Source of the DNA: Octopus bimaculoides
Lineage: Eukaryota
NCBI RefSeq assembly: GCF_001194135.2
Contig: NC_068990.1
Span: 179,098-243,027 of the forward strand
Length of the DNA: 63,930 bases
Direction of reading: 5' to 3'
Below the pieces are notes generated by a model. The model saw nothing but the letters and a program-made list of their open reading frames with translations. It searched no databases and was not told the origin of the DNA. Numbering within the stretch: the stretch's first letter is position 1; each line of letters begins with the position of its first letter. The translations under genes and the position numbers were made by a program. Shown here one piece after another: positions 12,795-24,787 of the stretch.

Positions 12795-12937
12795 CTCTCT
12801 GAGTGGTTGGCGTTAGGAAGGGCATCCAGCTGTAGAAACTCTGCCAAATCAGACTGGAGCCTGGTGTTGCCATCCGGTTTCACCAGTCCTCAGTCAAATC
12901 GTCCAACCCATGCTAGCATGGAAAGCGGACGTTAAAC

Positions 12938-12968
<31 letters not shown>
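12795..12968 (+). mobile_element. RTE-family 3' tail (young copy) ending in (GAT)n
   Basis: GAGTGGTTGGCGTTAGGAAGGGCATCCAGCTGTAGAAACTCTGCC...GGACGTTAAACGATGATG, near identical to the other copies. Confidence 0.85.
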
Positions 12969-12971
<3 letters not shown>

Positions 12972-14139
12972 ACATGTCTTATTCCTAGATAAATTAAATT
13001 TCTGTAGAAACCTTGAAATAAGAAATTTTCAAAACTAATTTAATTTATGTCAGAAAACTGGACTGTTCTACATACAACTTGTATTGTTGTGTTGGGCTGT
13101 CAGTGTGATAGGAGTCTAATTATATAAGCCAACCAAAATAAAGTTTTTTTTTTGTTGTCAAAAAATCTGGACTTTTATTTAGTGTTTTTTTTTTGTCATA
13201 TAGAATCCAAAAATGGTATCCTTTTATTACTGTCATTTTAAGACCCTCGATCAAAAGAATTTTTTTTCAATAAAACAACGTATGAGGAACAAGGCAGAAC
13301 ATACAAACATACATAGAAACTGGTTTTTCTTCAAAACTAGAATTTTTTCTTAAAATTCTACTGAAAAACTAGTAAAATTCTTTAAATTTCTACTGTCAAC
13401 ATCATTGTTCATACCTAATTTCTCATGAATTTGCATTTGGATGATTTTCTTGAGTGCTAAACCTCAAGATCTTGAACCATGTACACGCTATGTGTACATC
13501 TATAATACAAATAAACATTTACATGCACATNNNNNNNNNNATATAACATACAAGACATTAAATAGTGATGATGATGATGACCCCCACATATGTATATATT
13601 TGAGGTGTGTGTGTATTTGTATATGTTAGCTCACTTGTGCTGCTGTGACAGAGAAAGCATCATGTGTATTCTGCAAAATGGTTGGTGTTAGGAAGGGCAT
13701 CCAACTCTAGCAGCCATGTTACGTACTGGAGCTCAGCACAGTCCTCTTGCATGTTGGTTTCTGTTGAGTTGTCCAACCCATGCCAGCATGCAGATTATAT
13801 TGCTTTGAGGTACTTGCAATGGTGAAATGCATTGGAAATATCGTTAATGAAGTTAATAAGATATTCATTAGATGCCCTCACCATTTGAGGAGGAACTTTC
13901 TGCATAACAATCTATTTACTTTAGGTTTCATAATGTTTTTTTACAGTAAATATGCATAGCATATTTAAATTATATTACTAATGTAAAAATAATCATTCTT
14001 TAATCATTCTTGTGAATATAAATCCTGTTTATAAGTATGTGCGTATACACTTAAGTGTTTATATTTTATATGCTGATATGTTTGTGGTTTTTGGATATGT
14101 CCATATAATTAATTTTTCTAAAAAAAAGTATCCATTTTT

Positions 14140-14455
<316 letters not shown>

Positions 14456-15029
14456 TGTAGTTATATATATTTTTGTACTGATGTTGCTACATTGCTGAGA
14501 AAGGTAACTAGCTGCAAACATACCTCAATACATTTGCATGTCCCCTGTTAGTTTGGAAAAAGTGCTTACTGAATAGTGTGTGTGTATGCAAGATCTAGTT
14601 TTCTGTGCTTGCATATTTGAGGTAGACTTTTTTCTTGAGTTATTTTTTTATGACTGGATGCCTCTCTTCTTGCCAACCATCACCTATTTCTGTGGAAGAT
14701 GAATATCTGCATGTATGCATACATGATGAGATTCTTCCAGATTCTGTCTACCAAATCACTCACAAAGCTTTGGTCAGCATGGGATATAGCAGAACTTTGA
14801 CTAAGGTGCAACAGAATGGGGCTGAACCCCAAACCATGTGTTTGGGAAGTGGACTTAATTGCAAAACCAAGTCTGCACCTACACACGCACACACACACAC
14901 ACACCATTTCATCATGATGATGTAATGTCTGTTTTCCATGCTAGCATGGGTTGGATAGTTTGACAGGTTCTGGTGAGGTGCAAGCATAGTTCAAACTCAT
15001 TGGCAGATTGGCTTGGTTTCTATGGCTGA

Positions 15030-15255
15030 ATCATCATCATCATCATCATCGTTTAACGTCCGCTTTCCATGCTAGCATGGGTTGGACGATTTGATTGAGG
15101 ACTGGTGAAACCGGATGGCAACACCAGGCTCCAGTCTGATTTGGCAGAGTTTCTACAGCTGGATGCCCTTCCTAACGCCAACCACTCAGAGAGTGTAGTG
15201 GGTGCTTTTACGTGTCTCCCGCACGAAAACGGCCACGCTCGAAATGGTGTCTTTT
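15030..15255 (-). mobile_element. RTE-family 3' end running into an assembly gap
   Basis: (CAT)n followed by CGTTTAACGTCCGCTTTCCATGCTAGC..., the same family as 18625-19700. Confidence 0.85.
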
Positions 15256-16149
15256 NNNNNNNNNNNNNNNNNNNNNNNNNNNNNNNNNNNNNNNNNNNNN
15301 NNNNNNNNNNNNNNNNNNNNNNNNNNNNNNNNNNNNNNNNNNNNNNNNNNNNNNNNNNNNNNNNNNNNNNNNNNNNNNNNNNNNNNNNNNNNNNNNNNNN
15401 NNNNNNNNNNNNNNNNNNNNNNNNNNNNNNNNNNNNNNNNNNNNNNNNNNNNNNNNNNNNNNNNNNNNNNNNNNNNNNNNNNNNNNNNNNNNNNNNNNNN
15501 NNNNNNNNNNNNNNNNNNNNNNNNNNNNNNNNNNNNNNNNNNNNNNNNNNNNNNNNNNNNNNNNNNNNNNNNNNNNNNNNNNNNNNNNNNNNNNNNNNNN
15601 NNNNNNNNNNNNNNNNNNNNNNNNNNNNNNNNNNNNNNNNNNNNNNNNNNNNNNNNNNNNNNNNNNNNNNNNNNNNNNNNNNNNNNNNNNNNNNNNNNNN
15701 NNNNNNNNNNNNNNNNNNNNNNNNNNNNNNNNNNNNNNNNNNNNNNNNNNNNNNNNNNNNNNNNNNNNNNNNNNNNNNNNNNNNNNNNNNNNNNNNNNNN
15801 NNNNNNNNNNNNNNNNNNNNNNNNNNNNNNNNNNNNNNNNNNNNNNNNNNNNNNNNNNNNNNNNNNNNNNNNNNNNNNNNNNNNNNNNNNNNNNNNNNNN
15901 NNNNNNNNNNNNNNNNNNNNNNNNNNNNNNNNNNNNNNNNNNNNNNNNNNNNNNNNNNNNNNNNNNNNNNNNNNNNNNNNNNNNNNNNNNNNNNNNNNNN
16001 NNNNNNNNNNNNNNNNNNNNNNNNNNNNNNNNNNNNNNNNNNNNNNNNNNNNNNNNNNNNNNNNNNNNNNNNNNNNNNNNNNNNNNNNNNNNNNNNNNNN
16101 NNNNNNNNNNNNNNNNNNNNNNNNNNNNNNNNNNNNNNNNNNATATATA

Positions 16150-16560
16150 TATATTGTATTCAGTGCATCCTGTACTACAAGTGGTCCTCTTACGCACCTG
16201 ATATCGCTGTACTTAAAGCCAACTGCACCAATATTGAGAAAAAGATCATTTTGAACCAGATACATTTGACTGTTCATGTTGTCAAGAGGGAAGGTGGAGT
16301 GCTGCCTAAATGGGTATTTCTTGGAGTAGTAAAAGAAGCCTCAATATAAACCAAGGGAGTGGTTAAAGGATGTTATAAAAGGCAATCTTAAAGCTATGGA
16401 GATTGATATGGATATCTGGGATACATTAGCTGAAGGTTGTACTTCATGGAGAGATACTATCAAGTATAGATCTGGTGTCTTTGAGCAAGAGTGAGTAGAG
16501 CATGCTGCCTTGAAGCATTCACTCCTTAAGTGCAGCGCCTGTGAAAATCTAGCAGGAATT
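16150..16560 (+). mobile_element. RTE/BovB-like RT C-terminal remnant
   Basis: IEKKIILNQIHLTVHVVKREGGVLPKWVFLG..KGNLKAMEIDMDIWDTLAEGCTSWRDTIKY resembles the RTE thumb/C-terminus. Confidence 0.6.
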
Positions 16561-17020
16561 GAAGTGCAATGTGTGTGAACGATTTCTTCTTTCAAAATTC
16601 TGACTGTCTCTGTTTTCTTTATATATANNNNNNNNNNATACACACTTGTGCCAGTCATTTGACTGCAGTCATGCTGAAGCACTGCCTTATATAAATATAT
16701 ATAAATAATCATTGTTTAGCACCCTCTTTCATGTTGGCATGAGCTGGACACTTTGATAGACACATTGAATCAGAGGACATCTTGATCTCCAATATCTGTT
16801 TTGGCAGGGTTTCTGTAATTGGATGCACTTCCTGATGCCAACCACTTTACTGGAGTGTACTGGATACATTTTTGTGATACCAGCACAAGTACCTCACAAG
16901 ATAGAAAAAGCTCTTTAGACAAAGTGAGGTTGTAGAAGAGAGGGAGGTGGCTTTGTTAAATGGTGAGAACATATACACATGTATATATAAATACATTCAC
17001 ACACACATATATATACATAC

Positions 17021-17380
17021 TCTTTTACGCTTTTATTTGTTTCAGTCATTTGACTGCGGCCATGCTGGAGCACTGTCTTTAGTCAAACAAATTGACCCCA
17101 GAACTTATTCTTTGTAAGTCTAGTACTTATTCTATCGGTCACTTTTGCCGAACCGCTAAGTTATGGGGATGTTAACACACCAGCATCAGTTGTCAAGCGA
17201 TGGTGGGATGACAAACACACACACACACACATGACAGGCTTCTTTCAGTTTCCCTCTACTAAATCCACTCACAAGGCTTTTGGTTGGCCCGAAGCTATAA
17301 TAGAAGACACTTGCCATGCAGTGGAACTGAACCCGGAATCATGTGGTTGGTAAGCAAGCTACTTACCACACAGCCACTCC
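17021..17380 (-). mobile_element. tRNA-derived SINE (family A) with internal (TG)n and AAAAGAG tail
   Basis: The minus strand starts GGAGTGGCTGTGTGGTAAGTAGCTTGCTTACCAACCACATGATTCCGGGTTCAG; homologous to 41112-41535 and 60455-60636. Confidence 0.85.
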
Positions 17381-18623
17381 GTTGGCAAGAAAGTAATTTC
17401 GTTCCTCATAAATAGAGTTATGATTTTTTTTAATGACTTTTATCAATGTTATGATTTTTTTCCCTTTTGACATTTAATAGCTGCAACTTTTAGCTTACTT
17501 TAGAAGCAAATTGCATGTAATTTTGTTTACCACTGTTAGTTCAGTGTCAATTTTAACATGGAGTGCAAAAACAAACATTTTCACCATATTTTGCTTTTTT
17601 ATTTCATAAAGGCAAGAAAGCTGCTGAAGCTCAGAAAGTGATATGCGAAATTTATAATGTTGATTGCTTAACAGAATGTACATGTCAGAAATGGTTTAAA
17701 AAATTCCATTCTGGAGATTTTTCACTCAAAGATGACCGATGTTCAGGTTGACCTACTGAAGTTGGTGATGACTGAATCAAAGCCATAATTGAATCTGATT
17801 GTCATATAACTGTGTGAAAGACTTCAGAGAAGCTAAGTGTATCACACACAACAATTGAGAATCACTTAAAATATCTTGAACTCGTTAAGAAGCTTGATTT
17901 AGATTCCACATAAATTGAAAGATTTTTACTTAACACAATGAATCAATATTTGCAAAGTGCATGTCAAATGCAATGAAACCAACCTTCTTCACTGGTGATG
18001 AACAATGGATTGTCTACAGTAACATCAATTAAAAACAATCATGATCAAAGCGTAATGAACCAGCACAAACCACATTGAAAGCTGAATCCCACCATGCTGT
18101 CAGTTTGGTGGGATTATAAAGTTGTTGTGTATTTTGAGATGCTTCCAAGGAACCAAATGATCAGTTCAGATATTTGCTGTCAACAACTAATGAAACTGGA
18201 GGAAGCAATCGAAGAAAAATGGCTAGAATTGGCAAATCGTAAAAGAATCATGTTCCACCATGACAATGCTAGACCACACACATCTTTGCTAACTCGTGGA
18301 AAATTATTGGAGCTTGGTTGGGAAGTGATGTCACATCCACCATGTAGCCCTGACCTTGCACCTTCGGATTACCATTTATTTCGAAGTTTGCAAAATTCTT
18401 TGAATGGTAAAACTTTCAATAATGATGATGACCTGAAATCACACCTGCTTCAGTTTTTGGCTGAAGATCAGAAGGTCTATGAGCATGGAATCCTGAAGTC
18501 GCCAAAAGATGGCAAACGGTCATCGAAGAAAATGGAGAATATATAATTGAAGTTCATTCTTTGTATGAAAAAAATGACACTTATTTCACACTAAAAAACT
18601 GAAATTACTTTCTTGCCAACCCA
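17381..18623 (+). mobile_element. Full-length (~1.25 kb) Hsmar1-like mariner; transposase is a pseudogene
   Basis: TIRs GTTGGCAAGAAAGTAATTTC / GAAATTACTTTCTTGCCAAC. Peptides KGKKAAEA..CQKWFKKFHSGDFSLKD, MLSVWWD, FHHDNARPH and HPPCSPDLAPSDYHLFRSLQNSL, with stops and frameshifts in the 5' half. Confidence 0.92.
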
Positions 18624-18624
18624 T

Positions 18625-19700
18625 TCATCATCATCATCATCATCGTTTAACATCCGCTTTCCATGCTAGCATGGGTTGGACGATTTGATTGAGGACTGGC
18701 GAACCAGATGGCTACACCAGGCTCCAATCTGACTTGGCGGAGTTTCTACAACTGGATGCCCTTCCTAACGCCAACCACTCCGAGAGTATAGTGGGTGCTT
18801 TTATGTGCCACTGGCACGAGGGCCAGTCAGGCGGTACTGGCAACGCCCATGCTCAAAATGGTGTATTTTACGTGCCACCTGCACAGGAGCGAGTCCAGTG
18901 GCACTGGCAACGACCTCGCTCGAATGTCTTTTCATGTGTCACTGGCACAAGTGCCAGTAAGGCGACGCTGGTAATGATCACGGTCAAATGGTGTTATTTA
19001 CATGCCACTGGCACAGAAGCCAGACAGCTGCTCTGGCAACGATCACACTCGGACAGTGCTCTTAGCGCTCCACTGGTACAGGTGCCATCACAATTTCGCT
19101 TTCACTTGCCCCAACAGGTCTTTGCAAGCCGAGTTTAGTGTCCAATGAAGGAGACGTTGGCATGGGTGCCAGTTGTCAAATTTGGTTTGATTTCGATTTC
19201 ACTTGCCTCAACAGGTCTTCGCAAGCAGAGTTTAGTGTCCAATGAAGGAAAGGTACGCAAAAGTGGGCTGGCTACGCCCCTGGCAGAAGCCTCAGATTAT
19301 GGTCCTACTTGGCTTGCCAGGTCTTCTCACACACAGAATATTTCCAAAGGTCTCGGTCACAAGTCATTGCCTCGGTGAGGCCTAATGTTTGAAGGTCGTG
19401 CTTCACCACCTCATCCCAGGTCTTCCTAGGTCTACCTCTTCCACAGGTTCCCTCAACCGCTAGGGTGTGGCACTTTTTCACACAGCTATCCCCATCCATT
19501 CTTGCCACATGACCATACCAGCGCAATCATCTCTCTTGCACACCACAACTGATGCTTCTTAGGTTCAACTTTTCTCTCAAGGTACTTACACTCTGTTGAG
19601 TATGTACACTGACATTACACATCCATCGGAGCATATTGGCTTCATTCCTTGTGAGCTTACGCATGTCCTCAGCAGTCACGGCCCATGTTTCACTGCCTGT
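18625..19700 (-). mobile_element. 5'-truncated RTE-clade LINE: RT C-terminus, ~680-nt 3' UTR and (GAT)n tail
   Basis: ORF 19305-19526 MRWYGHVARMDGDSCVKKCHTLAVEGTCGRGRPRKTW is a typical RTE C-terminus. The 3' UTR is shared with several other copies in the window. Confidence 0.9.
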
Positions 19701-20934
19701 AATAACATTGCACTTCTTATGTATCTATAGTTTGCTCTAGATATACAATATGGTATTTCTATATACAGCAAAAAGGAAGTTAGTACTACTGACTTGTAGG
19801 ATGTTGTTTGGTTCACTTCAGAACATTTTACATATATTTTTGTTCAGTAGGTGCTTTCTACATGATACCACACTACACTTGGCTCTCAATACTGATCTTA
19901 CGTTTGCATCCTGTTTTTTTTTCACTGTCAAAATAACTGCTTCTGTGGAAACTTCCAGTTGCCCTCAAGATCTATATGAAGTGAATTTTAGTCAAATTTA
20001 GCCAGGCTAGTCAAATATCCTAACTGTTGGCATCAATACTAATACTCAAATGCATTGTAGAATATTGTCCTTTTAGAAGAAAGCTCCAATTACTATATTT
20101 TCTAAAGTTTGATATAATAGTGCATGATATATTTTCCTTGATACCTAATTTGCATTCTCATTCATTTAAATGGAAGAAAGGGTCAAATGAATACACAGAT
20201 GTGTTACATATGAATGTATCCCATTTTATTTATTCATTGCTGCTCGGTGTACCTTTAATCAATTCTTTCCAGCTTGACAAACCTTTGCACATGCTATCAA
20301 GTTTATTTTTGCTATTTATACATAAACAGTGGGTTATGCATGACAAATTTAGTGTTTGTAACTGATCAAGTGTAACCATGTGTATCTCTTACACGCTGAT
20401 AGTGTAAATCATAGACCAGTTTGTTCTGTTTACACGTACTTTATTTAAAAAGTGATTTGCCCTCTGGAACTGTTACCACAGTGAAGGTCTTTTCACATTT
20501 GAGTGTACCTGAATGCATTAAATATAAATGTACATAGCTTTATATATATATATATATATATACTTGTATGTGTGTGCATCTTTTGAAATATGCATATATT
20601 GTACACACATACATATATTCCCAGTTTACCATGTTCTTGTAAACATGGTATAACTATTTAAAGTAATCATAATATAGCCATTGACTACCAACACATTTTA
20701 TTAAACATGTTTACATTCTGTACTTACAACTCTAAACAATTTGGTATGGAGTTTCAGAAAAGCTGTGTGTATTCTCAATATTCTGTTTGGAGATTTAATT
20801 TGAATGATACATGTTTGGTACCTTTTTTTTTGCCTTAAAGCCTTTGCCTTGCAAGATTGTAACATAATCATTTAAGAATGAAGTGTGCTAATGATTATAA
20901 TCTGGGTGCAAAAGTTGTAATGTCTAAGTAGTTG

Positions 20935-21119
20935 CCTGGTTATTTTCTCCCCAAACTAGCCAGATCTGGCTTCCCACACCTGTCCTACAATGTCATTCTA
21001 AAAATATACAATCACATCATTGAAATCTCAAAGCTATGAGATGATGCATGAATGATTAAAAGCAATGTGAATAAATAAGCATTACATTTGACTGAGTAAT
21101 ATGAATGCTAAAAGGTTAA
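20935..21119. mobile_element. MITE fragment, same family as 44667-44894
   Basis: Shares CTACAATGTCATTCTAAA...CATTACATTTGACT..GAATGCTAAAAGGTTAA with the copy at 44667-44894. Confidence 0.65.
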
Positions 21120-24100
21120 TATAAATAGTTGTATTTCCTCTTTATCCAAGCTATTTATCTCAAATATTAGTACCAGTATTGCAAGTCCTGTCCAGTTTGA
21201 TTCTGTAGTCACTCTATAACTTATTCACAGCACCTCTGTATTAGTTTAATCAATACCCAGTTATTTGTAGCACTTTTTGATATGAGATGCAGAGATTGTT
21301 GATATTATATTTGTTTGAAAAGCAGTTTTTCCACATTTTACTTTTGAGTAACTACATTTCAGTTACCCAAATTTCATCCTTTTATCAATGAAAGTTGTTA
21401 TCAAAATACAGATATTTCTCAATGTTGTTGAATGGGAAGAATAGTTGACCATGTCAAACTTTTCAGTGCTAAGAACTAAAGCTTCTGTTATTTTTGCCAA
21501 ACATAGTTATTCCAGCAACACTAAGTAGCGAATAGTCATTTACCTTTCTGTAATCAAAGCCAGATGTCAAAGGTGTTTTTTTTTTTATAGTTTATTATTT
21601 TTTATGAATTCAGACAATAGTTTTCAATTAAAATTTATTTCACATATTTCCCACAATTCTTTTCAATCTGCTTGTCCATTGATTTGGACCGGCAAGGGGT
21701 TTCAGAAGAATTTATTTAAAGCTTATATATTTTTAAGCAAGGAATAACCTTGGTTATAGATTTGTTCCATACTTCAGCAAGCCAATTTAGTATGTTGACT
21801 TACTTTTCCATTATTTGTTTAAATGGAAATTTTTATAGAATATCGGCTTGTATCAGTATCCATCTATGAATTCTCTTGATAATTTCTATTTCTGCTGCTT
21901 TATAATAACTGCATATAATAACTGTAGTTATGCAATATGCTTATCACACATTTCATGGTTTTTAAATAACTGATTCAGTTTGTGACTGACATTCTTTTCT
22001 TTTTATAGTTCCATAATTTTTTATAACCCTCAGTGGCCTACATAGGTTAATTTCATTACTACACACACTGTAGGTTTCTCCAAAGTGTTGAACAATTGAT
22101 GCACATCTGCTTCTAGGCATACCTTATTTGTACAATAGTTATCACGTTTTCATGTAATCTCAAGTCATATTGATAACTCTTAACATGGTAGCAGTTGGTT
22201 TGTTGTTCTCTTGTCAAAATTGATATTTGGCATTAGACTACCTCATGCCAATATGAAAGAGTAGACATAAAAAGATATCCAAAGAGAATTTGGAAAAACT
22301 CTCCTCAGACTGCCTTTTATTTTCAAATTTGAGTTGTTTTTATTCAACAGTTGTCTCAGATTTAAAACAGATTTATGTGAGATAGGGTGGTGATGATAGT
22401 TATGACAATGTTGGTAGTCTATATTTTGATTGGTCTCTTTCAGGTAACTTTCAAGGGGTTTTGAATGCCTTCTACTAACTGACAAATATTACAAGAGTTA
22501 GAATAATTGTAACTATCAGTGAAGCTATCTTTCAGCCAGCAAATATGGTGCTTGTTATTGAAACTTTTCAGGATTTCATCCAAGTAATTTTTCAACACTG
22601 TCAAATAGTCTGTTGAAGTATTGTGTTGGAATTTTTAATATCAACATTAGTATTCAATTAATGGACAGATTGAAATAATTGCAACATTTACATAGAATTG
22701 GTAATAATGTATCATCATCACTTGTATCAGCTATAGTTACAATGAAGCAAAATTTACAATGTAGCCAGAATTACTCTTAGTTGGCGAGTAAATAGTGTTT
22801 CTATTATCTAATTAAACCCTCCCCTCAAAAGTTATGGTTTCTAGGCTAACTAAGGTTGGTACAATTGTAAAGGAAGATTCAAGCGTATTTTTTTATGCAG
22901 TTGTCTATGCCAGTATGTCTGTTGTTGACAGTGATACACATACTAACACACAACTACCTGAAAGCTGACATTGTTTCATCTCCAATCAGTCTCCACTCAG
23001 AGGAGACTGTGTGAGGTGGGCAGTCCTTCAAAGTTTATTACTAGCAAATGACTTTGTTAATCTGAGCAGTTTTGCATCTGTTTGAGCAAAGTTCACCTGC
23101 AGCACTGATTTTTTTTTTTTTTTTTNNNNNNNNNNTTTTTGTTTTTTTTGCATGTCATTAAATTTTTTCTGCTTTTTTTTCTCCCTGACTGTTGCAGCTT
23201 GTTTCACTTCCAGCATGACTATTAGCACAGGCATGGCTGTGTGGTTAAGAAGTTTGTTTCCCAACCATGTGGTTTTGTGCTCGGTCCTGCTGCATGGCAC
23301 TTCAGCAAGTGTCTGCTGCTATATCCCCAGACTCTCTGAATCCTTGTTAGTGGTTTTAGTTGACAGAAATTGAAAGAAGCTTGTCATGTATGCAAGTCTG
23401 TGGGGTTTCTATGTATGAGCTCATATTTCCCTCATTTTCACATATGCTCACTTGTTGGTCTTACTGACAGTATTATTTGCTTGGAGTGTCTGAGCTTCTT
23501 GACATGTATGTGATCTTAGGAAACAAGAGTTTGTTCAAACAGTGTTGTTTGTTTCCAGTTTTCTGAATAAGCATGTCCAAGTTGTTCAATAAATTACAAG
23601 ATTATAACCTTGCTTGGAAGCGATTGGAGATTGGCAACAGGAAAAGCATCTGGTTGTGGAAAACTCTGCCCTGACATACTCTCATTTGAACCATGCAAGC
23701 ATGTGAAAATAGACATTAAAATGTGTCTTGACATAGACCAGAGCTTTCTAACCTGTGTGTTGCAAAATTATATGCGTCGTGAACATGAAACTATATGAGC
23801 TCAGAATATTTTATCNNNNNNNNNNNNNNNNNNNNNNNNNNNNNNNCCCCCCCGTCACGTTTTCAGATTAAAATTAGCATTAATTAACCTATTTCGACTG
23901 TTGGTGTTTACTCACGCGCACAGAGACTTGAATATGTTCCATTTAACAACTGTTTGATACTTAATTTAAAAACGAATATTTATATTGTGTCTTTTCACGT
24001 TTTGTAAAACAAGTGGTATCATTCATTTTTAAAATGTTGGGAAGTCACTGCCACAAGTAGTTCTTCCTAAATGGTGATAGCTGTACTCCTTCTTTAGCTA

Positions 24101-24602
24101 GAGTGTTGACAAAAGTGAGTTCTGTAGTTGGAATGGGGATGTTGGCACTTCCCCTAGTGCACCTCTGCAGGTGGATGGTGCAGTGACTTTTGTTGATGTT
24201 GTCACAAGTTACAAAGTTTTAGATTTTTTTTTAATAAATAATAGTTTGCTTTTGTGAATATTGGTTTTTTTTTAATTTTTAATTATTCTTTTAGACAACA
24301 GCAAAACAAATTTTGTTAATGTTTGCTTTGCTGCTGTCATTGAAGACCAAATCCAGTGCTGATAAGAAAGGTGACTTTGCATTTTATGCATGGCTCTTGT
24401 TCTACATACATGTATACACACACCATATCACATGCGCATGCAGGCTGATGCTAACCACCTTATTTTTTGTTTTTTTTTCTGAATTCTACCCCAGTTTTAC
24501 TTGTATTGCTCCCCCACCTCTCACTACCCTTTACCTCTTCTATCTGCTGTTTAGCTATGAGTGGAAATTTAAGGGATCTGGTCTCTCTTTTCATCTTTGC
24601 AG

Positions 24603-24787
24603 GTTCCTCATTAATGGTGGCTGGGACATAATGAATGACTGGTTGCATGATGCCCGCCAGTCAGAGAATACGCCACTGCTCATGGAGATATTAAGGGTTT
24701 ATCACATTCTACCGGTAACCATTGATATTATGAAGAAGAATGATGCTGCGAAGACTATTAAACAATTGAGAAAGTCTGAAGATGATG
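24603..24787 (+). CDS. PPP1R10: PNUTS exon encoding the core of the TFIIS N-terminal-like (TND) domain
   Basis: Acceptor ctttgcAG at 24601-24602 and donor GTCAGT at 24788. Encodes FLINGGWDIMNDWLHDARQSENTPLLMEILRVYHILPVTIDIMKKNDAAKTIKQLRKSEDD. Confidence 0.92.

Noticed and set aside
18094-18546. 150-aa ORF resembling the SETMAR C-terminus
   Set aside because: It lies inside a TIR-bounded mariner with a disrupted 5' half and no SET domain or splice context, so it is a transposon fossil, not SETMAR.
18800-19100. Short recurring modules in the RTE 3' UTR, or the 22-bp array at 24828, as a CRISPR-like array
   Set aside because: There are no unique spacers between identical repeats, no cas genes, and the context is eukaryotic intron.
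24292-24370. Possible upstream PNUTS exon (tttag...AAAG|GTGAC)
   Set aside because: The open frame ends in phase 1 while phase 2 is required, and the peptide does not resemble the PNUTS N-terminus.
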